A stretch of DNA of 64,000 bases. It comes from an uncultured Arcobacter sp. (GTDB lineage: Bacteria > Campylobacterota > Campylobacteria > Campylobacterales > Arcobacteraceae). The notes beneath the pieces are model-generated. The model saw only the letters and a program-made list of their open reading frames with translations. It was not told where the DNA came from and ran no database searches. A program made the translations under genes and the position numbers. Positions 9,489 through 19,352 of this stretch are shown piece by piece (position 1 is the first letter of the stretch; the number at the start of each line of letters is the position of its first letter). The stretch is taken from positions 224,001-288,000 of the forward strand of contig OZ223300.1 in assembly GCA_965140705.1 (NCBI GenBank), given 5' to 3'.

Positions 9489-11683
9489 TTTAAAACCTTT
9501 TTCATTGTAGGAATTTTCATTGTAAATATAACTTTATTTTCATCATTCTTCACAAACATTTGACCTTTCATCTTATCTTCAATAATTACTTTTGCCATAT
9601 ATAATCCAATCCCAGTTCCGTCTTTTTTGGTAGTAAAGTAAGGATCAAAAATAGAATGTATTATTTTTTCATCTATTCCCCCAGCATTGTCTATTACTTC
9701 TATTATAGTGTAATTATTATTTGTATAAACATTAACTATTATTTTGCATTTATTTTCTAAAGTTTTTTCTGATATCTTATTTTTTGCATTGTTTATAAGA
9801 TTTAAGAGTACTTGTTTAAATTCATTTTTATATCCATATACTAAATATTCATTGTTATTTTCTTTATAATTTATATCAATTTTTATATTCAAATAGAAGA
9901 GTTGTTTTCCTACGATTTCTAATATGTCATTAAAAGATTGTTTTACAGAAAAATTTGTTTTTTTAGTTGAAGGTTTTAAAAAGTTTCTAAAATCACTTAG
10001 AGTTTGGGACATGTATTGAATCTGAATCATTGAACTTTTTACAAAACTTTCAACATCTTTAGTTCTTAACTCTTCTAACATATGTGAGGTTTGAATATCT
10101 TGTACTAAGGCTGATAATTCAACTAATGGCTCATTCCATTGATGTGCAATGGCCGCTACCATATCTCCCATTTCTGCTAATTTTGTTTGTTGTATTAGGA
10201 ATTGTTTTTGTTGAACTCTTTCCGTAATATCATCCATAATACAAACAATACCACCAACTTCTCCATTTATATTCTCATAAGGGGCCTTATTTAAAATGAA
10301 ATATTTCATTTGTAAGTTTGCAAAGTGTAAGACTATCTCTGAAGTATCTGTTTCTTGACTTTTTTGAATCTTTTCATCTATCTCTATATTTTTTAAAGCT
10401 ATCTCTTTTGGAAAAAAGTCAAAGGCAGTTTTTCCAATAACCTCTTGTTTTGTGATATTGAATAATTTTGCAAAAGCTAAATTAGAGCCAATAAATTTAC
10501 CATCTTTATTTTTATAGTATATCGCATTTGGTAGGGTATCTAATAAAACTTTTTCAAATTTCAAACGATTTGAAAGGTCGTTTTCAAGTTTTTTTCTTCT
10601 TTGTATATTTGCTCTCATACTAATAACCATGATTGAAAGAACAAAAATTATAGTAAAAACAATAACTATAAATTTTGTATATTTTTTATAAAATGAACTT
10701 GGTTCATTTAAAATTGTATATTTTTCATGAATATTATTTAAAGAAATATCAAATTTCTTTAGTTCGTTATAATCGAAAATGTATCGATTGGGAGATTTCT
10801 CTAAAACAGGAATTTCTTTTATATCTTTCCCATTTAAAACTTGTAAAGCCATATCTGCAACACTATTTCCTTGGGCAGTTGCTGAAGTTACTAATCCACC
10901 TACAATTCCATAGTTTAAATAAAAATCCCATAAGCCATAAATAGGGTTATTACTTATTGATTTTACTTGTTTAAGTCCCTCTTTATAAGTAAAGTTTTTC
11001 CCTGTTTTATCCTTGAAAAGAAGTACAAATAGTAAAACATCATTTTTATCTAAATCTTTAACTTTCTTTTTTAAAGTTTTCATATCCCATTGATCAATAT
11101 ATTCTACTTGGAATTTATCTTTATACTCTTTTATTATAGGTCTTAAATCCCTTTTTATTGCATAACCAGTTTTTGATTTATCATTTATAATAACAAGCTT
11201 TTTCATTTTAGGGTGAAGTTCATGTATTAGTTTAAAGTTGTTTTCCAAATCAACTTGTTCTACTACCCCTGACATATACTCTTTTATGTTATTTTCATCT
11301 AATAGGGCTTTATCAAAGTTATTGATACCACAAAATAATACAGGAGTTTTAGGAAAAAGATAGTCATGATTTTTTATCATAAATTCAAAGGCATTATTAT
11401 CACTTACAATAATTAAATCAAATTTTCTGTTTTTGAATTGCAGTTTGTAAAGTTCAGCTAGTTTGTTTAAATACATTGGATCTAAAATTCTTTTGGTATC
11501 CATATATCTAGTTGTAAGTTCTATATTCCCATGAGAGGCAAATTTCTTTTCAATAGCTTTTGAAATGTCATCACTCCATTTATATCCTTTATGGTATGAA
11601 TGGAGTAATAAAACCTCTTTATTATCAGCTGCAAAAGAAAATGTAACAAAGATTAAAAAGTACAGTAATAAAAGTTTTTTCAT
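9485..11683 (-). CDS. Sensor histidine kinase (periplasmic substrate-binding-like sensor, TM helix, PAS domain)
   Basis: Signal peptide and 'VLLLHSYHKGYKWSD' sensor. PAS (DTLPNAIYYKNKDGKF), H-box IAHQWNEPL, DNAGGI, GTGIGL. Confidence 0.93.
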   Translation of the reverse strand: MKKLLLLYFLIFVTFSFAADNKEVLLLHSYHKGYKWSDDISKAIEKKFASHGNIELTTRYMDTKRILDPMYLNKLAELYKLQFKNRKFDLIIVSDNNAFEFMIKNHDYLFPKTPVLFCGINNFDKALLDENNIKEYMSGVVEQVDLENNFKLIHELHPKMKKLVIINDKSKTGYAIKRDLRPIIKEYKDKFQVEYIDQWDMKTLKKKVKDLDKNDVLLFVLLFKDKTGKNFTYKEGLKQVKSISNNPIYGLWDFYLNYGIVGGLVTSATAQGNSVADMALQVLNGKDIKEIPVLEKSPNRYIFDYNELKKFDISLNNIHEKYTILNEPSSFYKKYTKFIVIVFTIIFVLSIMVISMRANIQRRKKLENDLSNRLKFEKVLLDTLPNAIYYKNKDGKFIGSNLAFAKLFNITKQEVIGKTAFDFFPKEIALKNIEIDEKIQKSQETDTSEIVLHFANLQMKYFILNKAPYENINGEVGGIVCIMDDITERVQQKQFLIQQTKLAEMGDMVAAIAHQWNEPLVELSALVQDIQTSHMLEELRTKDVESFVKSSMIQIQYMSQTLSDFRNFLKPSTKKTNFSVKQSFNDILEIVGKQLFYLNIKIDINYKENNNEYLVYGYKNEFKQVLLNLINNAKNKISEKTLENKCKIIVNVYTNNNYTIIEVIDNAGGIDEKIIHSIFDPYFTTKKDGTGIGLYMAKVIIEDKMKGQMFVKNDENKVIFTMKIPTMKKVLK

Positions 11684-11701
11684 ATTGTGCTGATTATATC
11701 A

Positions 11702-12289
11702 TTATTCTACAAAAATGACATATCCAGATTTTGGACCATGTGCCCCTATTACAAGTGATTGTTCTATGTCTGCTGTTTTAGAAGGTCCTGAAACAAATAC
11801 CCCATATCCACTATTTTCAAACTCAATTTTAGTATATGCTTCATGCATATTATTTACAATATCATTTTTGTTTACTACTATTATGATATTTTGAGCTATG
11901 AAATAAAGACTTCGGTGTCTATTATTCTCATCTTTTAACCAAACTGCACCATTTTCAGCAACTGCAAAATTTCCTTTTACTATTGCTAAATCTATATCTT
12001 TTAAGTTGTGAGCATCATCTTGTGCATTTGCATCAAAATTACTTAATGAACAAAACTCAACATTTGAGTAAACTTGTCCCAATCCCTCTTTATAAAGATC
12101 TTTTATAGTTTCATCAAGTTTATCTTTTGTTGTTACAAGAGATTCTCCACCTACAGTTTTTAATACTTGACCATATTTTTCTAATTTATTTTCAAAAGTT
12201 ATTCCAAAATGGTCATATTCAGGAAGAATTTCATCTTTTACTACATTGTTTGATTTTATAGCATTTAATATCTCATCTCTACTTGACAT
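11702..12289 (-). CDS. lutC: L-lactate utilization protein C (LUD domain)
   Basis: AVAENGAVW, SGPSKTADIEQSLVIGAHGP. Confidence 0.93.
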   Translation of the reverse strand: MSSRDEILNAIKSNNVVKDEILPEYDHFGITFENKLEKYGQVLKTVGGESLVTTKDKLDETIKDLYKEGLGQVYSNVEFCSLSNFDANAQDDAHNLKDIDLAIVKGNFAVAENGAVWLKDENNRHRSLYFIAQNIIIVVNKNDIVNNMHEAYTKIEFENSGYGVFVSGPSKTADIEQSLVIGAHGPKSGYVIFVE

Positions 12290-13653
12290 TATGAATCCTT
12301 TCTTTCTTTATATAATTCTTTAAAAGAGTTTTTAGGCATTTTTGGAATATCCCTTTGTTTTCCCCAAACATTTGCTTTTGAGTAAATGATAGAATCAGGT
12401 AATAATGGAATTACTTTTCTCATGATTTTTCCACCTATATTAAATAGTGTAGGGTGATCCATTACCCATGAAGTTATTTTCATAGCTACTGCTTTTTTTG
12501 TATCTATTAAATGTTGTTTAGCAAGATCTTGTCTATGTGCATAAAGTTGTGAATCCAAATCAATTTTTACAGGACATACATTTGTACATGAAGCACAAAG
12601 TGTACAAGCAAAAGGTAAAGATTTGTGCTCTTTTGGATTTCTAAATGCAGCTAAATTTGAACCAATAGGTCCTGGAATTACATATTTATAAGAGTGACCA
12701 CCACTTCTTCTATAGATTGGACAAGTATTCATACAAGCACCACATCTAATACAATTAAGTGATTTTTGATAAGTTGTATCTGCTAATATTGGAGTTCTTT
12801 TATTATCTACTATTACAATATGCATCTCTCCACCCTCAACTGGACCATGGTAATGAGAAGTATAAGAAGTAATAGCTTGACCAGTTGCACTTCTTGCTAG
12901 TAATCTTGTAAATACTGATAAGTCTTTTAGTCTAGGGATTGTTTTTTCTATACCCATAGAAGCAATATGAAGTTTAGGAACACTTGCTCCCATATCTGCA
13001 TTTCCTTCATTTGTACAAACAACTATTCCACCTGTTTCACTTATGGCAAAGTTTACACCAGTTAGTCCTGCTTGTGCTGTTAGGAAATCCTCCCTTAAAC
13101 TAGCTCTTGCAGCACGTGTAAGATAAGTAGGATCATCATTACCTTTTTCTGTTCCTAAGTGTTCGTGAAAAGTATCACTTACATCAGATTTTTTTAGGTG
13201 AATTGCAGGTAATACTATATGTGAAGGTGTCTCTTTTCTTAGTTGAACAATTCTTTCCCCTAAGTCAGTATCAATAACTTCAATTCCTCTACTTTCTAAA
13301 TAAGGATTTAAATGACACTCTTCTGTTAACATTGATTTTGATTTTACAAGTTTTGTAACATTATGAGAAGCTAAGATTTCGTGAACAATTTTATTATGTT
13401 CTTCGGCATCTTTTGCCCAATGAACAATAATTCCTTTTTTTGTAGCATTTTTTTCAAACTCTTCAAGATAAAAATCAAGTTTATGCATAGTATGAGTTTT
13501 TATATTATTTGCATATTCTCTTAATTTTTCCCATTCAGGTATCCCCTTACTTGAGATATCTCTTTTTTCTCTTACAAACCATAGTGCTTTATCATGCCAA
13601 TGCATTCTCTCATCATTGGCTACAAATTTTGCTGCTTCTTCTGGGTGACTCAT
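12289..13653 (-). CDS. lutB: L-lactate utilization Fe-S protein B
   Basis: KSKSMLTEE, TDLGE, PSHIVLPAIH, NEGN, CIRCGACMNTCP. Confidence 0.95.
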   Translation of the reverse strand: MSHPEEAAKFVANDERMHWHDKALWFVREKRDISSKGIPEWEKLREYANNIKTHTMHKLDFYLEEFEKNATKKGIIVHWAKDAEEHNKIVHEILASHNVTKLVKSKSMLTEECHLNPYLESRGIEVIDTDLGERIVQLRKETPSHIVLPAIHLKKSDVSDTFHEHLGTEKGNDDPTYLTRAARASLREDFLTAQAGLTGVNFAISETGGIVVCTNEGNADMGASVPKLHIASMGIEKTIPRLKDLSVFTRLLARSATGQAITSYTSHYHGPVEGGEMHIVIVDNKRTPILADTTYQKSLNCIRCGACMNTCPIYRRSGGHSYKYVIPGPIGSNLAAFRNPKEHKSLPFACTLCASCTNVCPVKIDLDSQLYAHRQDLAKQHLIDTKKAVAMKITSWVMDHPTLFNIGGKIMRKVIPLLPDSIIYSKANVWGKQRDIPKMPKNSFKELYKERKDS

Positions 13654-14393
13654 ATTGTTTCTCCTAAAAGTATTTCACTTATGTGCATAACTTTTATAGG
13701 GTTTTTCTCCCTATTTATTATTCCTTGCATATGCATCAAACATGACATATCTGCACCAGTCATAACTTGAACATTTGAATCCATATGGTCTTTTATTCTA
13801 TCTTTTCCCATTGCAACTGATATTGCTTCTTCTGTTACACAAAAAGTACCACCGAAACCACAGCATTCATCTTCTCTGTTTAATTTAACTAATTCTATTC
13901 CCTCAACAAGTGATAAAAGATTTTCTAGTTTGTTAAAATGTGGGATGTTAAGTTCACTTGCACTTCCAAGTTTTAAAATTCTATGCCCATGACATGAATT
14001 ATGAATACCAACTTTATAATTAAATTTTGAATCCAATTTATCAATTTTTGCAATGTCATGTAAAAATTCTGTTATTTCATATATTGATGTTTTGATTTTA
14101 TTATAATCTTTATTGTCATTGAAAAATGGTTCATAATGCTCTTTTACCATGGTTACACATGAACCACTAGGCGCTACTACATAATCATATTTTTTAAAAG
14201 TATTTACAAATCTGTGTGCTAATTTTTCGATATCTTGGCTACAACCTGAATTTGCCATAGGTTGCCCACAGCAAGTCTGTTCCATTGGGTATTCTACATT
14301 AAATTTTAATTTTTCTAAAAGCTTTAACGTTGCCATTGATGCTTCTGGATAAAGCTCATTCATAAAGCAAGGTATAAATAGTCCTATAGTCAT
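13650..14393 (-). CDS. lutA: L-lactate utilization protein A (CCG domains)
   Basis: QTCCGQP, PSGSC, CCGFGGTF, DMSCLMH. Confidence 0.95.
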   Translation of the reverse strand: MTIGLFIPCFMNELYPEASMATLKLLEKLKFNVEYPMEQTCCGQPMANSGCSQDIEKLAHRFVNTFKKYDYVVAPSGSCVTMVKEHYEPFFNDNKDYNKIKTSIYEITEFLHDIAKIDKLDSKFNYKVGIHNSCHGHRILKLGSASELNIPHFNKLENLLSLVEGIELVKLNREDECCGFGGTFCVTEEAISVAMGKDRIKDHMDSNVQVMTGADMSCLMHMQGIINREKNPIKVMHISEILLGETI

Positions 14394-14416
14394 AAAAACT
14401 CCTCTTTTGATGGTAA

Positions 14417-14449
14417 ATTATATAAAATTGATATAACAATAATATGATA
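14417..14449 (-). promoter_or_regulatory. lutA promoter with an 11-bp-period direct repeat
   Basis: Minus strand TATCAT-N5-TGTTAT (14433-14449), 10 bp upstream of TATAAT (14417-14422). Same geometry as at dctP. Confidence 0.5.
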
Positions 14450-14452
14450 TTT

Positions 14453-15022
14453 CTATTTTTTCATAAAAATTGAAAAATCATTATCTAAATAATTATCCTT
14501 TATTGTTATATTTTCTGTTAATGTTTTGACGTGTGATAATATATCTTGTGATTTAATATTAGTCAAGGAATCATTTTTTAAAAAGTTAAATATAAATCCC
14601 TTTTTTGATGCATTAAAGCACTTTTCAATAAATGTTTTAATTTCATTTTTTGTTAGAATACTTAAAGCTCCGCTACATATATAATAATCTGCTTGTTCTA
14701 ATTCATCTATAAGAATATCTGTAAGATAGAAGTTAACATTCAAAAATCTTTTACTAGCTAGCTCTATCATTTGTTTTTCACAATCAAGACCAATGTAAAA
14801 TTTTGGCTTTAAATTATTATCAAATAAATAATTATAATACTCCCCAAAACCACATCCTGCATCTATAATTGTAGAGATTTTTATTTCATCTTTTATAAAC
14901 TCTGTTAAAATCTCGAACCTTTTATATTGACTATATTGGGAGTTCCAGTGAACGCCCCTTGCACTTATGCCATATTTTTTAATAGTTCTATTATAAAAGG
15001 AATTATTGTCTTTGTGAGCCAT
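14453..15022 (-). CDS. Class I SAM-dependent methyltransferase
   Basis: Motif I IIDAGCGFGE, followed by YIGLD. Confidence 0.85.
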   Translation of the reverse strand: MAHKDNNSFYNRTIKKYGISARGVHWNSQYSQYKRFEILTEFIKDEIKISTIIDAGCGFGEYYNYLFDNNLKPKFYIGLDCEKQMIELASKRFLNVNFYLTDILIDELEQADYYICSGALSILTKNEIKTFIEKCFNASKKGFIFNFLKNDSLTNIKSQDILSHVKTLTENITIKDNYLDNDFSIFMKK

Positions 15023-15457
15023 TTACTTTATTTGTTCTATGATTACATTATTATCTTTTAGGAATTTTGAAACAATATCTGAATCTGTATGCTCATAAGC
15101 TTTTTGGAAAACAATTCTTTTGATTCCTGCTGCGATTAAGTTTTTTGAACACTCACTACAAGGTTCTAGTGTCACATAAATAGTTGCACCTTCTATACTT
15201 ATACCTTTTCTTGCTGCCCAAATTAATGCATTCATCTCAGCATGTATTTCATAGGTTTTTGACCAATCATGATGATCTTTTGTATATTCATCATTCCAAT
15301 GTTCTTTACAATTTACATATCCAGTTGGTGTTCCATTGTAACCTGTTGATAAAATTCTCCCATCTTTTACTATCACTGCACCAACTTGTTTTGATACACA
15401 TTTTGAAGCACTTGCTATCTCATGTGCAATATTTATAAAGTTTTTGTCACTTATCAT
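15023..15457 (-). CDS. dCMP deaminase family protein
   Basis: VGAVIV, GYNGTP, HAEMNA and PCSEC zinc-deaminase motifs. Confidence 0.92.
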   Translation of the reverse strand: MISDKNFINIAHEIASASKCVSKQVGAVIVKDGRILSTGYNGTPTGYVNCKEHWNDEYTKDHHDWSKTYEIHAEMNALIWAARKGISIEGATIYVTLEPCSECSKNLIAAGIKRIVFQKAYEHTDSDIVSKFLKDNNVIIEQIK

Positions 15458-15651
15458 TTTTTATCCTAAAGCATTTTCTATTTTTCTAAAAAATCAACAA
15501 TTTTTCCAAAAAATCAGTAGTTTTTTTTAAATTTTTGTTAAAAATGTACAAATTATGTTAAAAATTTCTAAATTTTATAAATTTTAAATTTATTACATTT
15601 TTATAGTTATTTGTGTATTATACCCTAAAATTTTCAAAATAAAGGCTAGAT

Positions 15652-16116
15652 ATGGAATTCAAAGATATAAAAGAATTAATTAGAGTTTTTGATAAAAGTG
15701 ATTTAAATAAATTAAAAATCAAAGATGGGGAATTTGAAATTAGTATGCAAACTGGTTTTGATGGAGGAGCTGTTGTAACAACAACTGCTGCACCTGTAGC
15801 TCAACCTACTCAAGCTGCACCAGCTCCTGTTGCAGCAAGTAATAATGTAACAACAGAAGAAGCAGCACCTATTAGTGGACTTACAATTAACTCACCAATG
15901 ATAGGAACTTTTTATGCTTCACCATCTCCTGAATCTGCTGCATTTGTAAAAGTAGGAGATACTGTAAAAGCTGGACAAACTTTATGTATTTTAGAAGCTA
16001 TGAAAATTATGAATGAAGTTGAAGCAGAATTTGATTGCAAAATTGTAAAAATATTAGTTGAAGATTCTAATCCAGTAGAATATGATATGCCACTATTTGT
16101 CGTAGAAAAAATATAA
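15652..16116 (+). CDS. accB: Acetyl-CoA carboxylase biotin carboxyl carrier protein
   Basis: SPMIGTFY, EAMKIMNE biotinylation motif, Ala/Pro linker. Confidence 0.97.
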   Translation: MEFKDIKELIRVFDKSDLNKLKIKDGEFEISMQTGFDGGAVVTTTAAPVAQPTQAAPAPVAASNNVTTEEAAPISGLTINSPMIGTFYASPSPESAAFVKVGDTVKAGQTLCILEAMKIMNEVEAEFDCKIVKILVEDSNPVEYDMPLFVVEKI

Positions 16117-16128
16117 GAAAGATAAAAT

Positions 16129-17481
16129 ATGGCAGAAATAAAAAAAATCTTAATAGCTAATAGGGGAGAAATTGTTCAAAGAGCAGTTCGAACTATTAGA
16201 GAGATGGGTAAGAAATCGGTTGCAGTTTACAGTGCAGGGGATAAAGAAGCTTCATATTTAAAACATGCTGATGAAGCAGTTTGTATTGGTGGTGCTAAAT
16301 CTAGTGAATCTTATTTAAATATTCCTGCAATTATTACAGCAGCTGAAATGACTGGCTGTGATGCAATTTTCCCAGGATATGGGTTTTTATCTGAAAATCA
16401 AGATTTTGTAGAAATTTGTAGATTACACAATATTAAATTTATAGGTCCTTCTGTTGAAGTAATGGAAAAAATGGCTGATAAATCTAAAGCAAAAGAAGAG
16501 ATGGTAAGAGCAGGGGTTCCTGTTGTTCCTGGATCTAATGGAGCTGTTCACAATGTGGAAGAAGGAAGAAAAGTAGCTCGTGAAATAGGTTACCCAATCA
16601 TGGCAAAAGCATCTGCTGGTGGTGGTGGTAGAGGTATGAGACTTATTGAATCAGAAGATAAGTTTGACCAACTATTTACAGCCGCTTCTAGTGAAGCTTT
16701 AGCAGCTTTTGGTGATGGTACGATGTATTTAGAGAGATTTATTAATAATCCAAGACATATTGAAGTTCAAGTAGTAGGGGACTCTCATGGAAATGCTATT
16801 CATATAGGTGAAAGAGATTGTTCTTTACAAAGAAGACATCAAAAAGTTATTGAAGAATCACCAGCTATTTTATTAAATGATGAAACTAGAGCAAAACTTC
16901 ATGCTGTAGCAGTAAAAGCTACTAAATATTTAAAATATGAAGGTGCTGGTACATTTGAATTCTTAGCTGATGATAAACAAAATATCTATTTTATGGAGAT
17001 GAATACTAGACTTCAAGTTGAACACCCAGTTTCTGAAATGGTTTCAGGTATTGATATTGTTGAGCTTATGATTAAAGTTGCAGAAGGTGATGTTTTACCT
17101 CCTCAAGAAAAAATCAAATTTAGAGGTCATGCAATAGAGTGTAGAATTACAGCAGAAGATCCAAATACATTTTTACCAAGTCCAGGAAAAATCACTCAAT
17201 GGATGGTTCCTGGTGGAAGAAATGTAAGAGTTGATTCTCATATTTATACAAATTATGTTGTACCTCCTTATTATGACTCTATGATTGGGAAACTAATTGT
17301 ATGGGGAAGAGATAGAGAAAAAGCTATCAAAATTATGAAAAGAGCTCTAAACGAGTTCGAAGTATATGGAATCAAGACAACTATTCCTTTCCACATTAAG
17401 ATGATGGGAAATAAAGATTTCAATGATAATAACTACGATACAAAATATTTAGAACACTACAAAGGTTTAGGTGATATTTAA
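16129..17481 (+). CDS. accC: Acetyl-CoA carboxylase biotin carboxylase
   Basis: ILIANRGEI, PGYGFLSEN, GGGGRGMR, ERDCSLQRRHQK, EMNTRLQVEH. Confidence 0.97.
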   Translation: MAEIKKILIANRGEIVQRAVRTIREMGKKSVAVYSAGDKEASYLKHADEAVCIGGAKSSESYLNIPAIITAAEMTGCDAIFPGYGFLSENQDFVEICRLHNIKFIGPSVEVMEKMADKSKAKEEMVRAGVPVVPGSNGAVHNVEEGRKVAREIGYPIMAKASAGGGGRGMRLIESEDKFDQLFTAASSEALAAFGDGTMYLERFINNPRHIEVQVVGDSHGNAIHIGERDCSLQRRHQKVIEESPAILLNDETRAKLHAVAVKATKYLKYEGAGTFEFLADDKQNIYFMEMNTRLQVEHPVSEMVSGIDIVELMIKVAEGDVLPPQEKIKFRGHAIECRITAEDPNTFLPSPGKITQWMVPGGRNVRVDSHIYTNYVVPPYYDSMIGKLIVWGRDREKAIKIMKRALNEFEVYGIKTTIPFHIKMMGNKDFNDNNYDTKYLEHYKGLGDI

Positions 17482-17509
17482 CAAAAGAGCATAAAACTCT
17501 TTTGTTAAA
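17477..17509 (+). terminator. Hairpin terminator after accC
   Basis: tttaacaaaagag-cataaaa-ctcttttgttaaa inverted repeat. Confidence 0.7.
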
Positions 17510-17673
17510 GCTTAAACTAATACAAATTTATATATAATCCAGCAAATATACACAATTATACTTATTACTCACTCATTTAGTTACTGTACACTTTTATAAC
17601 TAAACTGTTTTATCAAGTTTCAAACTTTTAGTTTTAAATATATACGTGTATATAAAATACACAAAGGTAATTA

Positions 17674-19131
17674 ATGAATTTCTCAGATTTCAATTTTAAA
17701 AAAGAACTACAAAAGGCTATTGATGACGCAGGTTTTATACAACCAAGTCCTATTCAAGAAGATGCTATTCCTGTAGTTTTAAGTGGTAAAGATATGGTTG
17801 GTCAAGCACAAACTGGTACTGGTAAAACAGCTGCGTTTGGACTTCCAATGATTAACATGATGAAAGGTAACTCTGGTGTTGAAGCTGTAGTTATTGTTCC
17901 AACAAGAGAGCTTGCAATGCAAGTTTCTGACGAATTATTTAGATTCGGTAAAAGTTCAGGAATGAACACAGCAACTGTTTATGGTGGTCAATCTTACTCT
18001 ATGCAGTTAAAAAATATAGATAGAGCATCAATTATTGTTGCTACTCCTGGTAGATTAATTGATTTATTAAAAGGTAAAAAAATTGATATCAAACCATCTT
18101 TCGTAGTTTTAGATGAAGCTGATGAGATGTTAGATATGGGATTTCTTGATGATATTAAAGAAATCTTTACTTATTTACCAAAAGGGAGACAAACTCTTCT
18201 TTTCTCAGCAACAATGCCTCCTGCAATTAAAAAACTTGCTCAAAATATTTTAAAAGAACCTGAGTTTATTACAGTTACTAAATCAGAAATGACTAACTCT
18301 AAAATTACTCAATTATTTTATGTAGTTGATGAATATGAAAGAGATGATGCTTTAATTAGACTTTTTGATTTCAAAAATCCTGAAAAGTCTATCATCTTTT
18401 GTCGCACAAAAAAGGAAGTTGATAGATTATCAACTTACCTAGTATCTCAAGGACATATGGCTAAAGGTCTTCATGGAGATATGGAACAAAGACAAAGAGA
18501 AGAAGTTATTAGATCTTTTAAAAAGGGTGCATTGGATGTACTTATTGCAACTGATGTGGCGGCACGTGGATTGGATGTAAATGATGTAACCCATGTATTT
18601 AATTACCATTTACCATTTGATTCAGAGTCTTATGTACATAGAATTGGAAGAACTGGAAGAGCTGGAAAAGAGGGTGTTGCTATTTCAATTGTAACTCCAC
18701 ATGAGTTTAGAATGATTCAAAAAATTCAAAAAACTACTGGTGGAAAAATGGAAGCGAAAGTTATTCCTAATATTGACTCTGTAAAAGAGAAAAAAACTAG
18801 TACTTTAAAAAGTAAAATTTCTGAACAAAAAGTTTATGATTCTGGGATATCATTAGTTGAGAGTTTAAAAGAAGAGTTTGATTTATCTACTATTGCTTTT
18901 AAATTAGCTTCAATTTTATCTGATTCTACAATTGTAAAAGGTAACAACTACATTGGTAAATCAGAGATTGATATTAAAAAACTTTTTGAACGATTAAAAG
19001 ACGACAGAGGTGATGATTCAAGAGGTCGAGGTGGTCAAAGAAGAGGAAGGTTTGGTGGCGGTAATCGAAACCGAAATGGTGGCGGTGGTAACCGAAATAG
19101 AAGTGGAGGAGGAGGAAGAAGAAGAGATTAA
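17674..19131 (+). CDS. DEAD-box RNA helicase
   Basis: Q motif, AQTGTGKT, PTRELA, DEAD, SAT, ARGLD, HRIGRTGR and a Gly/Arg-rich tail. Confidence 0.97.
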   Translation: MNFSDFNFKKELQKAIDDAGFIQPSPIQEDAIPVVLSGKDMVGQAQTGTGKTAAFGLPMINMMKGNSGVEAVVIVPTRELAMQVSDELFRFGKSSGMNTATVYGGQSYSMQLKNIDRASIIVATPGRLIDLLKGKKIDIKPSFVVLDEADEMLDMGFLDDIKEIFTYLPKGRQTLLFSATMPPAIKKLAQNILKEPEFITVTKSEMTNSKITQLFYVVDEYERDDALIRLFDFKNPEKSIIFCRTKKEVDRLSTYLVSQGHMAKGLHGDMEQRQREEVIRSFKKGALDVLIATDVAARGLDVNDVTHVFNYHLPFDSESYVHRIGRTGRAGKEGVAISIVTPHEFRMIQKIQKTTGGKMEAKVIPNIDSVKEKKTSTLKSKISEQKVYDSGISLVESLKEEFDLSTIAFKLASILSDSTIVKGNNYIGKSEIDIKKLFERLKDDRGDDSRGRGGQRRGRFGGGNRNRNGGGGNRNRSGGGGRRRD

Positions 19132-19140
19132 TCTCTTCTT
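19119..19140. terminator. Perfect 22-bp palindrome across two convergent stop codons (probable bidirectional terminator)
   Basis: AAGAAGAGATTAATCTCTTCTT. Confidence 0.6.
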
Positions 19141-19352
19141 TTCTCTTTATAGTATTTCTTAACAACTTTTGTTGCTTTTGAAAAAGCTTCTTGTGTATTT
19201 CTTCCAAATGCTCTAAAAACACCATTTTTCCCAAAAAATTCAACACTTTCTAGTTCCCCATTTTTTATACCTACAACGCTAAAAATATTAAATTTCTTTT
19301 TCATTTTAGATACTTCTGGAAATTCGTTTTCTGTTATGATTTTTATAGTCAT
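19128..19352 (-). CDS. Small basic hypothetical protein (74 aa)
   Basis: AAAGGAAAG ribosome-binding site before the ATG. Fills the gap convergent to the helicase. Confidence 0.75.
   Translation of the reverse strand: MTIKIITENEFPEVSKMKKKFNIFSVVGIKNGELESVEFFGKNGVFRAFGRNTQEAFSKATKVVKKYYKEKRRD

Noticed and set aside
19020..19120. GC-richer repetitive segment
   Set aside because: It simply encodes the Gly/Arg-rich tail of the DEAD-box helicase.
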